Shown: piece by piece, positions 28,241 to 37,451 of the stretch
How the letters are laid out: every line of letters starts with the position of its first letter
How positions within the stretch are numbered: position 1 is the stretch's first letter
Source of the DNA: an uncultured bacterium
GTDB taxonomy: Bacteria; Patescibacteriota; Minisyncoccia; UBA6257; 2-01-FULL-56-20
Direction: 5' to 3'
NCBI GenBank assembly: GCA_963725235.1
Contig: CAVRXN010000002.1
Location: forward strand, 442,902-506,901
DNA: 64,000 nt
Notes under the pieces: model-generated
The model's database searches: none
Seen by the model: only the letters and a program-made list of their open reading frames with translations
Told to the model about the DNA's origin: nothing
Program-made: the position numbers and the translations under genes

Positions 28241-28656
28241 TTCGACATTGCTATTTTATTTAATATTCTGACAAGTTCTGCATGTTCCTTCGCGTCGAGC
28301 ACCGAGAACACTTCCGTTATTTTTTTCACCCGCTGCTTAATCCCCTGCGCCAGAATCTGCTTGCCTTTCGGCGTCAGCGCCACTCGCACCGCCCGCCGGT
28401 CGTGCACATCGACGATCCGCCGCAACATCTTCCCTTCGACCAGCCCATCAACCAGCAGCGTCGCCGCGGGCCGCGTTATCGAGAAATATCCGGCAACATC
28501 GCTCATCAGCGGCCGCCGCTGTTCCTCGATGTACCGGAGCGCTTCGAAATGGATCCATGAAGCACCGCCAACCTTCTCGTTCTGCTTCATTTCCTCGCGC
28601 ATCCGCCGGCCAATGATGAACATCAGCGAGATAATTTTGGAAGAATTGTTAGGCAT
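28237..28656 (-). CDS. MarR family transcriptional regulator
   Basis: Winged-HTH region LMSDVAGYFSITRPAATLLVDGLVEGKMLRRIVDVHDRRAVRVALTPKG. 4-nt overlap with the adaptor gene. Confidence 0.85.
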   Translation of the reverse strand: MPNNSSKIISLMFIIGRRMREEMKQNEKVGGASWIHFEALRYIEEQRRPLMSDVAGYFSITRPAATLLVDGLVEGKMLRRIVDVHDRRAVRVALTPKGKQILAQGIKQRVKKITEVFSVLDAKEHAELVRILNKIAMSK

Positions 28657-28767
28657 TGGAATAGTTAGGTTACTTAATCATTTTAGCATACTGGCTCGGC
28701 GGGTCAATGTGACCGGTGTGCATAGGTTATACAACACCGTGGTACAATTGTTTCAACGCCATCTACC

Positions 28768-29154
28768 ATGCCACGTAAGCAAAAAATAGCGCTTTCTATC
28801 ATTATCGCCGTTTGCGTCATCCTCGCCGTCTATATATACGTCTCGACCGCGCCGCCGCCAAACGGGACCTACGACGCCTTCGCACGGTGTATCGCCGATA
28901 CGTCGACGACGTTCTATGGCGCCTGGTGGTGTCCGCACTGCGCCGCGCAAAAGACCGAATTCGGCGACGCGGCAAAATATTTGCCCTACGTCGAATGTGC
29001 CGCGTCCAATACGTCAGAGAACGCGACTTGCACCGCGATCGGCATCAAATCGTACCCGACGTGGTATTTCTCCGACGGCGTCAGCTCGACCGGCGTGAAT
29101 ACGCTCGCGAATATTGCCAAGAATACCGGTTGCGCGTTGCCGACGTCGACTTAA
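28768..29154 (+). CDS. membrane-anchored thioredoxin-fold protein, CPHC active site
   Basis: TM helix, then FYGAWWCPHCAAQKTEFG..YVECA..IKSYPTWYF. Confidence 0.75.
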   Translation: MPRKQKIALSIIIAVCVILAVYIYVSTAPPPNGTYDAFARCIADTSTTFYGAWWCPHCAAQKTEFGDAAKYLPYVECAASNTSENATCTAIGIKSYPTWYFSDGVSSTGVNTLANIAKNTGCALPTST

Positions 29155-29187
29155 TGAATTTTTAATGTAATATTATATAAAATCCCT

Positions 29188-29766
29188 ATGACCCCTTTCG
29201 TCCAAAATCTAACCAACGTCGCCTCATTCCTGACCGTCATCATCGACATATTTGCCATCGTTTTATTTTTCATCCTAATAACACCATTGCGCCGCAGCGG
29301 TTGGACCGGACGCTTCGCGAGCTGGTTCGGCAATAACGCAATCATGCTCGGCTTCCTCGTCGCCTTCATCGCCACCGCCGGCAGCTTGTTCTATGAAAAT
29401 ATCGCCGGATTCGCGCCGTGCCTTTTGTGCTGGTGGCAACGAATTTTTCTCTACCCGCAAACGCTGCTCCTGTTCGTCGCGCTCGTTTGGCGTGGTCGCG
29501 ACAGCGCTGCGGCGGCTGGTGCGCGACTCCTCGCACGCGTAAACTCGATCGTCCTCTCAGCAATCGGCATCGCGATCAGCATCTACCAAACGCTTTTGCA
29601 GGCCGGCGCCATCGGCAATGACCTACTCCCCTGCGACGCGAGTGGCGTTTCCTGCCAGCATGTCTACTTTATCAACTACGGCTACGTCACCATCCCGGCA
29701 ATGGCGCTGACCGCATTCGCGCTGATTATGTTGTTTATGTATGCGCCACGTGGGAAGGAGAAATAA
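29188..29766 (+). CDS. disulfide bond formation protein B (DsbB/BdbC type) with N-terminal extension
   Basis: FAPCLLCWWQRIFLYP (CxxC) and LPCDASGVSCQHVY (second Cys pair). 4-5 TM. Confidence 0.8.
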   Translation: MTPFVQNLTNVASFLTVIIDIFAIVLFFILITPLRRSGWTGRFASWFGNNAIMLGFLVAFIATAGSLFYENIAGFAPCLLCWWQRIFLYPQTLLLFVALVWRGRDSAAAAGARLLARVNSIVLSAIGIAISIYQTLLQAGAIGNDLLPCDASGVSCQHVYFINYGYVTIPAMALTAFALIMLFMYAPRGKEK

Positions 29767-29805
29767 AAAAAAATGGGCTGGGCGAAATAAATCACCTCAG
29801 CCCCC
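29765..29805 (-). terminator. rho-independent terminator after 29812..30306
   Basis: GGGCTGGG (29775-82) pairs with CTCAGCCC (29796-803). On the minus strand it is followed by a run of nine T. Confidence 0.7.
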
Positions 29806-29811
29806 ACAACT

Positions 29812-30306
29812 TTATCTGCTCTTTGAACCCCACGGCAGCGGGATAGAATACTGTGCGTCAAAATCACAATATTCGAGAGAATAACCATCCGCAGTTCTTT
29901 GGACACTATAACGGCGGCAAGAGAGTACCGCGCTAAAATCGTAATCCAACTCCTCACTGGCTATCGCCACCTTTACATCATCCGGGGAAACAGCTTTCCC
30001 TTTCAGATGCTTCATTGGAATGCGAATATAAGCCCTACAGTTCCTCATAGAAGTTCCGGAGAGCTGCCTCGCGAGATCTCTAATTAACGGATCTTTATCG
30101 TCTCGCAACTCACTTGCTGGAACCTCAAGACAATCCTCAAGATCCATATGCGAGGCAAATGCGGCGCCCGCAAATATCAGGGCAACGATGGAATATCCAA
30201 ATGGCAATTTGCCGAAACCAACGGCAACGAAGATGCTCAGTGCCAGGATCAAAAACACAATCCGGCACGCATTCAATGTCGCAATGCGAGTTCGACTTGG
30301 GTACAT
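29812..30306 (-). CDS. hypothetical membrane-anchored protein
   Basis: 164 aa with two N-terminal hydrophobic helices. No family recognised. Confidence 0.4.
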   Translation of the reverse strand: MYPSRTRIATLNACRIVFLILALSIFVAVGFGKLPFGYSIVALIFAGAAFASHMDLEDCLEVPASELRDDKDPLIRDLARQLSGTSMRNCRAYIRIPMKHLKGKAVSPDDVKVAIASEELDYDFSAVLSCRRYSVQRTADGYSLEYCDFDAQYSIPLPWGSKSR

Positions 30307-30366
30307 GTTGCAAAACTCCTTTCAGCTCTGCGGTTGAATATAGATTACCTCGGCCAAGAAGTCAAT

Positions 30367-31257
30367 TTACAGAAAAATCATTGCCACAAAAACCGCAATC
30401 AAAACAATCAACGAGATAAAAAACATTTTTCGAGCCCAACGCTCGTTGGCTTTAATATCACTGTCCGAAATCTTGAAACCACGCAGCGCTTGAATGAACC
30501 AAACTGTCCCGACAACAATCGCAATAATTAAATAGAAGGGACCGGCATAGCCAAATATAAATAATAGAATGGTCGCGACGACAAACAACGCAATATAAAT
30601 CATCATCGTTATTTTCGTCGTCCGCAATCCCCGCTTCACCGGCAAAATCGGGATGTGCGCCGCCGCATAGTCAGGCTGGCGATAAATACCGATCGCGAAA
30701 AAGTGCGGCATCTGCCAGAGCGCGAGGATAATAAAGAGGAGCGCGGCGCCGAGGTCGAGCCGGCCTGCGGCGGCCGCATAGCCGACGACCGGCGGCACGG
30801 CGCCCGCGATGCTGCCGACCGCGGTGCCGTAAACCGTTTTGCGTTTTGCCCATAAAGTATAGAGCACGACGTATGCGATCCAGCCGGCTGCGGCGACGGC
30901 GACCGTGAGCCAGTTGTTCCAGAGTGCGAGCGTTGCGAAGCCGATGACGCCGAGTACTATTCCGAACGTGAGCGCTTTCGCCGGAGAGATTCGTCCTTCG
31001 ACGAGTGGCCGATTTTTCGTCCGCGCCATCTCGAGGTCGATATCACGATCAATGATGTTATTAAATACACAGCCCGAGGCCATGACGAGCGCGATGCCGA
31101 TGATGGTTGCGGCGAGGATGATAAATGTTGTCGCATCAAAATTAATGCCACTCGCGCCACCCATGACCCGCGCCGCAACCGCAAATCCCCCGATGACCGG
31201 AATCAAATTGCCGTAGACGAGGCCGGACTTGGTAAGGGAATAATAGTCGCGGAACAT
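30367..31257 (-). CDS. cyoE: protoheme IX farnesyltransferase (heme O synthase)
   Basis: MFRDYYSLTKSGLVYGNLIPVIGGF..NNIIDRDIDLEMARTKNRPL. The ORF is open to GTG 31272. ATG 31257 was chosen by comparison with the N-terminus remembered for E. coli CyoE. Confidence 0.85.
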   Translation of the reverse strand: MFRDYYSLTKSGLVYGNLIPVIGGFAVAARVMGGASGINFDATTFIILAATIIGIALVMASGCVFNNIIDRDIDLEMARTKNRPLVEGRISPAKALTFGIVLGVIGFATLALWNNWLTVAVAAAGWIAYVVLYTLWAKRKTVYGTAVGSIAGAVPPVVGYAAAAGRLDLGAALLFIILALWQMPHFFAIGIYRQPDYAAAHIPILPVKRGLRTTKITMMIYIALFVVATILLFIFGYAGPFYLIIAIVVGTVWFIQALRGFKISDSDIKANERWARKMFFISLIVLIAVFVAMIFL

Positions 31258-31272
31258 TTTATTTTTGACCAC

Positions 31273-31647
31273 TTAACCGACCCGCTCCAGATACGCTTCT
31301 TTATTCTTGCAATCGACCACGGCACGATAGCCAAATACGGAAAACAAGCCGATACCCGCCAGCAATTCGCCGTCACCGATGAGAATTCTAATTGGCGCTT
31401 TACGTCCTTCCATTTCAGCATAACCTACGACCGCATCCACCAAAATTTCTTGGCCATGCGCGCTTACAGAAGGAACTTCAAACGTCCCAACAAATCCTAA
31501 ATCTTTTGCAGTGGATGGATTTATTTTTAGATCGCCGGAAAAGCCGGTATCAAGAACAAATTTCGGATATACAATCGCGTCCCGAACGCTCACGCCAACC
31601 TGGATATATGGCAAATTCTTATCCCTCGAAAATTTTCCATATATCAT
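31273..31647 (-). CDS. retropepsin-like (clan AA) aspartic protease family protein
   Basis: VLDTGFSG (DTG motif) and LLAGIGLF. 124 aa. ATGA overlap with the upstream gene. Confidence 0.6.
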   Translation of the reverse strand: MIYGKFSRDKNLPYIQVGVSVRDAIVYPKFVLDTGFSGDLKINPSTAKDLGFVGTFEVPSVSAHGQEILVDAVVGYAEMEGRKAPIRILIGDGELLAGIGLFSVFGYRAVVDCKNKEAYLERVG

Positions 31648-31916
31648 GAATACGCTGGAGCGAGATGGTAAATGGTCTCGACATAGTCATATCCGATACG
31701 AATGCCAAAGAATTCTCGGCCTGGGCTAAAACGTTCCTGCGCCCATAAAATCGCATCATTCAATTCCCTCTCCATGTGCACCATCCCTGATTCAACTTCA
31801 ATCGCCAAATATTTGCCTTTGTGCTCCGGTTCATATTGATCTCTGATCTTCGCATAGATAGCCCGTGCCTTCCGTGCAATTTCCTCGCGCTGTTCCTGAG
31901 TCTTCATTAATCCCAT
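31644..31916 (-). CDS. DUF5678-like small protein
   Basis: 90 aa containing EPEHKGKYLAIEVESGMV..FFGIRIG. The family assignment is from memory only. Confidence 0.5.
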   Translation of the reverse strand: MGLMKTQEQREEIARKARAIYAKIRDQYEPEHKGKYLAIEVESGMVHMERELNDAILWAQERFSPGREFFGIRIGYDYVETIYHLAPAYS

Positions 31917-32058
31917 ATTATCATATAGCTTAATAATTTACGACCTTTCTTCAACTCTACTCGCCGACAAAAATGGATGCAAAAGTTGTTTAATAATTTT
32001 TTAATGTTTAGGGCAAAAATCGAGCGATTTCAGGACATAATGAGGTTATAATAAAGGC

Positions 32059-32859
32059 ATGGCCGCCCAAAAGACCAGTCCCCTCCGTACCCTTATTATC
32101 TCCCTCGGCGGCCTCTGGCTACTCGACGGCATCCTCCAACTCCAACCAGCGATGTTTACGGCCGCATTCGTCCAGCAGGTTCTCGCGCCGAATTTGCCGG
32201 GCCAACCGTCGTTCATCGCCACGATCATTAAATTTGGCATCAGTATCTGGAATTTAAACCCATTCTGGTTCAACATCTTGGCGGCTGGGATACAGCTATT
32301 GATTGGCGTGCTGTTGATCATTCCATTCGTACGCCGTGGCGGCGACCACGCAAACATCACAGCGGCAATAACAAAATTCGCCCTCTGGCTCTCCGTCCCC
32401 TGGGCTTTGATTATCTGGATCTTCGGCGAAGGGTTCGGCCAGGTCGCAACCGGCTCAGCGACGTTTTACACCGGTGCGCCCGGCTCGGCGCTGCTCTATG
32501 CGATACTCGCGCTGTTTCTTTTATATGGCAGCAATAAACTAGAAAAACTCCCCATCGCCGCCGGTATTATTTTCCTCGTCGGCGCTGCGCTTCAGCTCGC
32601 GCCCATGTTCTGGCAGCCGACAATACTCTCGACGGTCGGCAACCTACTCGCAGTCGGCGCGCTCGCCGCGCTCGGCATCTTCCTCATCTGCATGCCGCGC
32701 AGCCGCACCGTCGCCTGGCTCGCGTGCGCCTTCCTCGTCGCCGTCTGGTGGATCAGCCAAAGCTTCGGCGGCATCTTCACTTTCCCCAGCGGCACCGCAA
32801 CCGATCCGAACTCGGCGGTTGTGCTGGTGCTGTTTTTGGTGGTGGGGATGATAACTTAA
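32059..32859 (+). CDS. polytopic membrane protein (DoxX-like?)
   Basis: 266 aa, 6-7 TM. ATG lies 6 nt after TATAAT (32047-32052). Confidence 0.5.
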   Translation: MAAQKTSPLRTLIISLGGLWLLDGILQLQPAMFTAAFVQQVLAPNLPGQPSFIATIIKFGISIWNLNPFWFNILAAGIQLLIGVLLIIPFVRRGGDHANITAAITKFALWLSVPWALIIWIFGEGFGQVATGSATFYTGAPGSALLYAILALFLLYGSNKLEKLPIAAGIIFLVGAALQLAPMFWQPTILSTVGNLLAVGALAALGIFLICMPRSRTVAWLACAFLVAVWWISQSFGGIFTFPSGTATDPNSAVVLVLFLVVGMIT

Positions 32860-33011
32860 AGAATCTCGGTTCAATAATATTGATAGTTTTAATTAAGACG
32901 CACAACGATTTTCGAAAAATACTAATATCTAAAAAATAGAAAACCGCCTCGCCTAGAAAGACTTATCTGTCTTCTTTCGACGGACGGTTTGGCTTAACGT
33001 TGTCCTCGCGG

Positions 33012-33179
33012 CTAGCGTAGATGGCGGAAGATCACCACTACAACAACGTACGTTGTAAGGATCCAAGACTGGAAAAAGCTGATCTTAAAAGCCTCAGCCC
33101 AATTTCTATCCTTAAATGCTTGATAGATGTAATTTCCAGCCACAAAACCAGACCCTAATCCCAATGCTAACAAAACCAT
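33012..33179 (-). CDS. 55-aa hydrophobic peptide (below ORF-track cutoff)
   Basis: GGAGA lies 5 nt before ATG 33179. Product MVLLALGLGSGFVAGNYIYQAFKDRNWAEAFKISFFQSWILTTYVVVVVIFRHLR. AT-rich region downstream of cyoD. Confidence 0.3.
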   Translation of the reverse strand: MVLLALGLGSGFVAGNYIYQAFKDRNWAEAFKISFFQSWILTTYVVVVVIFRHLR

Positions 33180-33274
33180 GACGGTCTCCTTCTGACGTCT
33201 TATATCATTATAATGATATAGTTGTCAAATGGGCGATGTACAATGGGGCGACGACCGAGTCGGAGCAAATCATC

Positions 33275-33619
33275 CTAAAACCCTTGCTGATCGTTGATAT
33301 ACTGCTGCATCTGTGCCGGGTTGGCCATCATGTTGTAGTTCAGGTGGTTCATTATCCAGAGTGAGCCGATGACGATGATGAGGACGAGCACGAGGGTTGA
33401 GCCGAAGACGGTGAGCTTCCAGCTGCGGCCGGGTTGCTCGGCGACGTGCAGGAAGAAAAACATTTGCACGACAAGCTGGACGACGGCGAGCGCGAGAATG
33501 ATGGCGAGGATTGCGGTCGCACTCATGCGAAGATCTACAACCGCAAAGTATGCGGCGAGGGTTAGGACTATCGAAATGATGAAGCCTGTTATATATGATT
33601 TGTATGTTCCTTGGTCCAT
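33275..33619 (-). CDS. cyoD: quinol oxidase subunit IV
   Basis: YITGFIISIVLTLAAYFAV. 3 TM. Position after cyoC. Confidence 0.8.
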   Translation of the reverse strand: MDQGTYKSYITGFIISIVLTLAAYFAVVDLRMSATAILAIILALAVVQLVVQMFFFLHVAEQPGRSWKLTVFGSTLVLVLIIVIGSLWIMNHLNYNMMANPAQMQQYINDQQGF

Positions 33620-33652
33620 GGTAAAAATTTGCGCGGTGCGATTATTAAAAAT

Positions 33653-34228
33653 TTATGAAATCACGTGGCTCATTAGATAGACGATGGTGAAGATGAAAAT
33701 CCAGACGATGTCGAGGAAGTGCCAGAAGAGTGCGAGGCGTTGGAGCTTTGAGACCACAAACGGAGTCAAGCCGCGGCGCACGACCATCGCCATGCCGACC
33801 GCCATCCAGAGCAGACCGACGGCGATGTGGAGGCCGTGCGTGCCGACGAGCGTGAAGAACGCGGAGAGTGCTGCGTTCGCTTGCGGCGTGTTGCCGGCGA
33901 CGGCGAGCGAGGCGAACTCGCGCAACTCGAGGCCGAGGAATGTCGCGCCGAGCACGAACGTAACGCCGAACCACGCGAGCGCTTGGCCTTTTTTACCCGC
34001 TTGCGCCGCGAGCATCGCGAGGCCGCACGTGAAGCTGCTCGTCAGCAAGATCAGCGTTTCCGCGAGCGCGTTCGACAAGCCGAGCAGCTGGCCCTGCGAC
34101 GAACCGCCGAACGTCGAGTCGCGCAGGACGGCATACGTCGCAAACAGCGCGGCGAACATAATCAAGTCGGTCATCAGGTAGACCCAGAAGCCGAAGATGT
34201 GCTTGTCGGAGGGGGTGTGATTAATCAT
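33653..34228 (-). CDS. cyoC: quinol oxidase subunit III
   Basis: 5-TM protein with FGFWVYLMTDLIMFAALFATY..FWHFLDIVWIFIF. Confidence 0.9.
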   Translation of the reverse strand: MINHTPSDKHIFGFWVYLMTDLIMFAALFATYAVLRDSTFGGSSQGQLLGLSNALAETLILLTSSFTCGLAMLAAQAGKKGQALAWFGVTFVLGATFLGLELREFASLAVAGNTPQANAALSAFFTLVGTHGLHIAVGLLWMAVGMAMVVRRGLTPFVVSKLQRLALFWHFLDIVWIFIFTIVYLMSHVIS

Positions 34229-34304
34229 AGAAATGTATTGTTTTCACGATTATAACCCTCATAATCGTGAAAATTGATAATTTTTTAATGTTTTTCACGC
34301 TTAT

Positions 34305-36380
34305 TTATGATATTTTGATCTTCTCCATCCTCTCCACCTCCCCCGCCGTCAAAATATATTCCGTATGTTCATCGAATGAGCGAATAATAACGCACGCGAT
34401 TGCGCCGACGAGCCCGACGGCAATCAGCCAGAAGATGTGCCAGACGAGTGCGAAACCGAGTGCGAGGACAAACGCGGAAAGATAGATTGCCATGCCGGTG
34501 TTTTTGGACATTTCGATGTCTTCATAACGCGCGGAGTTTTTTGGAGCGGCTGCCGACGCGCCACCGAGAGATTGTCCTTTTGCCTCCGCCGCTTTTTTCG
34601 TTTCCCAAAACGGATCGCGGCTCGCGACGGTTGGCGTCATCGCAAAATTATAGAACGGCACCGGCGACGCGGTTGCCCATTCCAAAGTGTGCCCATTCCA
34701 AGGATCGGCGCCGGGCGAACCGGCAACGCCAACCGCGCGGTTCGCGGGCAACCGCCGATCTCGAACTGAAACAATAACCTGAATAATCTGCGCCAAAAAA
34801 CCAAGAGCGATAATACAAACGCCAACGGCGGCGACTATAAACCATCCCTGCCAGCCGGTCGAAGCGGGATATTGGTTCATGCGGCGGACGGCGCCTTCGG
34901 AACCAAGAATATAGAGTGGCCCGAACGAAACGAAGAAGCCGATGAGCCACAACCAAAACGCGCGCTTACCCCATTTTTCGTCGAGACGGAATCCGAATAT
35001 TTTTGGGAACCAATACGTTATGCCGGCGAAGATGCCGAACAGGCCAGCGCCGACGATCATCGTGTGGAAATGCGCGACCAAAAATAACGTGTTGTGGAGC
35101 TGATAGTCGGCGGCGGGTGTTGCCAGCAAAACTCCTGCCATACCGCCAAAAGTAAATAAAGCGACGAAGCCGAGGAACCAATACATCGGCGTGTAGAATC
35201 GGATGCGACCGCGCCACATCGTCGCGATCCAATTGAAAATTTGCACGCCAGCGGGTATCGCGATTAGCATCGTCGAGATGCCGAAGAACGCGTTCACGTC
35301 GCTGCCCGCGCCCATCGTGAAAAAGTGGTGCACCCAAACGAGGCACGCGAGAAGCGACACGCAGATCAGCGCGCAGACCATCGAGATGTAGCCGAAAATC
35401 TTTTTTTGCGAAAACGTCGAAACGACTTCGGAGAAAATGCCGAACGACGGCAAAACGAGAATGTACACTTCCGGATGCCCCCACATCCAGATCAAGTTGA
35501 TGTACATCATCGGATTGCCGCCGAAGCTCGACGTGAAAAAGTGCATGCCGAACATTCGGTCGAGCCAGAGCAGCGCGATCGTTACCGTCAACACCGGGAA
35601 AACGGAAACGATCAATACCGAGCTAAGCAGTGCCGACCAGCTAAAGAGCGGCATCATGAACAGCTTCATCCCCTTCGCGCGCATCTTGATGATCGTCGCG
35701 ATAAAGTTCAAGCCGCCAAGCAAGCTGCCGAGTCCGGAAATTTGCAGTGACCAAATCCAGTAATCGACGCCAGTGCCAGGACTGTACGCGAGTTCGGAAA
35801 GCGGCGGGATCGAAAGCCAGCCGGCGCTCGCGAACTGTCCGCCAAAGATGAAAAACATATTAACTAAAATCGCGCCCGCGACGTAGAGCCAAAAACCGAG
35901 CGAGTTGAGAAATGGATACGCGAGATCGCGTGCGCCGATTTGCAACGGAACGATCAAGTTCATCAAGCCGACCAGCAAGCCCATCGTCGCGAAGAAGACC
36001 ATGATGTCGCCGTGTGCGGTGAAAATTTGCTGGAAGTGCGATGCGTCGAGATAGCCGACGGCGCTGCCAAGAAACGCATGTTGCGCAACGCCGTTCGCGT
36101 TCACCGCGCCAAGCGATTGCTGCAACCAGATCATGACGGCGTCGAGTCCCCCGCGGAACAACATCAGCATCGCGACAACGATGTACATGATGCCGATCTT
36201 TTTCGGATCGGTTGAGGTCAGATATTCTTTCCAAAGCCACTTCCAGCGGCGATAATATGTTAGGCCCGCCACGAATGCGATGCCGCCTAGGGCGATTGCC
36301 GCCGTACCGCCGATCGTAAACCACTGGTGCGGCAGATCGGACCACGTTAGGTTGCCGAAGAAGAATTGGGTGAGGGACAT
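34305..36380 (-). CDS. cyoB: heme-copper quinol oxidase subunit I
   Basis: GHPEVYILVLP, HHFFTMG and VAHFHTMIVG (heme/CuB ligand motifs). 691 aa. Confidence 0.95.
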   Translation of the reverse strand: MSLTQFFFGNLTWSDLPHQWFTIGGTAAIALGGIAFVAGLTYYRRWKWLWKEYLTSTDPKKIGIMYIVVAMLMLFRGGLDAVMIWLQQSLGAVNANGVAQHAFLGSAVGYLDASHFQQIFTAHGDIMVFFATMGLLVGLMNLIVPLQIGARDLAYPFLNSLGFWLYVAGAILVNMFFIFGGQFASAGWLSIPPLSELAYSPGTGVDYWIWSLQISGLGSLLGGLNFIATIIKMRAKGMKLFMMPLFSWSALLSSVLIVSVFPVLTVTIALLWLDRMFGMHFFTSSFGGNPMMYINLIWMWGHPEVYILVLPSFGIFSEVVSTFSQKKIFGYISMVCALICVSLLACLVWVHHFFTMGAGSDVNAFFGISTMLIAIPAGVQIFNWIATMWRGRIRFYTPMYWFLGFVALFTFGGMAGVLLATPAADYQLHNTLFLVAHFHTMIVGAGLFGIFAGITYWFPKIFGFRLDEKWGKRAFWLWLIGFFVSFGPLYILGSEGAVRRMNQYPASTGWQGWFIVAAVGVCIIALGFLAQIIQVIVSVRDRRLPANRAVGVAGSPGADPWNGHTLEWATASPVPFYNFAMTPTVASRDPFWETKKAAEAKGQSLGGASAAAPKNSARYEDIEMSKNTGMAIYLSAFVLALGFALVWHIFWLIAVGLVGAIACVIIRSFDEHTEYILTAGEVERMEKIKIS

Positions 36381-36431
36381 GGATGTCGGACTTATAGATT
36401 TATTATAGCGCGATTATGATTTGATTATTTT

Positions 36432-37391
36432 TTACATCTCCATCCCAGGCATCCCCTCCATCGTCCCGGATGAATTCATTCCCATCGTCGTAGTCGCTGT
36501 CATCATCGTTCCTGTCCCCATCGGCATCATATATTTCATCATCACGCCATCGAACAGCCCGGGCGCGACAAATGAATAGTACGCAACCGGATTATTTTCG
36601 GAAGGCGCGGCCAGAGTATTATAAGTATCCATCGTCAGCGGCGGATACGCCGGCGGTGTGCTTGTAGAAGTGCTCGTCGTCGCGCCCGCGGCGCTACCCT
36701 GCACCTCCGCCACCCATCCCGCAAAATCCCCCGGCGAAACCGAATCCGCCTCAAACGTCATCCCCGCATACCCCTCGCCATTAATCTCCGTGTCACGGCC
36801 GGTATACTCGCCGGTCGAAGACGCGAGCAAGTTAAGTTGCGTCATCATCGCGGCCATCGCGTAGATTTGCGAACCGAGCTGCGGGATCCAGAATGAGCTC
36901 ATCGGCGCGTCCGCGGTCAACTCGAAATGGACCGGCTCGCCCGCTGGAAACTCGATAAAGTTGACCGTCGCGATATTCTGCGCCGGATATATAAAGAGCC
37001 ACTTCCACGGCAGCGCGACAACTTCGATCGTCAGCGGCGCGCCATCGCCCGCGGCCACCGCCGACGCCGACGGCGTAAGCGACTGCTGCGGATCAAGCGC
37101 ATGCGCACTTTTCCAATTCAAAATTCCGAGAACGAAAATCAGCGACGCCGGAATCAACCACAAAATAATCTGACTCCATGCCGCGCGGGAGGAATGGTCG
37201 GGTTCGTACTTTGGTTCATTAAAACTTCGCACTCCTTTTTTTTCATCCGGCCGCACCCTATACCTTCGCACCACCGTAAACAACGCGATGAACATCGGCA
37301 CAACGATGATCAGCATCAAGCCGACCATCAGTTCGATCAGATGCGCTTGTGCCGCTGCAACCGGCCCGGCTGGGTTGAAAAACGAGGTCAT
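36432..37391 (-). CDS. cyoA: quinol oxidase subunit II (no CuA cysteines) with Met-rich C-terminal tail
   Basis: SFWIPQLGSQIYAMAAMMTQLNL is CyoA-like and there is no CxxxC CuA motif. Tail: MMKYMMPMGTGTMMTATTTMGMNSSGTMEGMPGMEM. Confidence 0.85.
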   Translation of the reverse strand: MTSFFNPAGPVAAAQAHLIELMVGLMLIIVVPMFIALFTVVRRYRVRPDEKKGVRSFNEPKYEPDHSSRAAWSQIILWLIPASLIFVLGILNWKSAHALDPQQSLTPSASAVAAGDGAPLTIEVVALPWKWLFIYPAQNIATVNFIEFPAGEPVHFELTADAPMSSFWIPQLGSQIYAMAAMMTQLNLLASSTGEYTGRDTEINGEGYAGMTFEADSVSPGDFAGWVAEVQGSAAGATTSTSTSTPPAYPPLTMDTYNTLAAPSENNPVAYYSFVAPGLFDGVMMKYMMPMGTGTMMTATTTMGMNSSGTMEGMPGMEM

Positions 37392-37451
37392 TATTTACAT
37401 AATATCATAACAAACAGGCGCCGACCTCGTCAGTCAGCGCCAATCGCTCCG

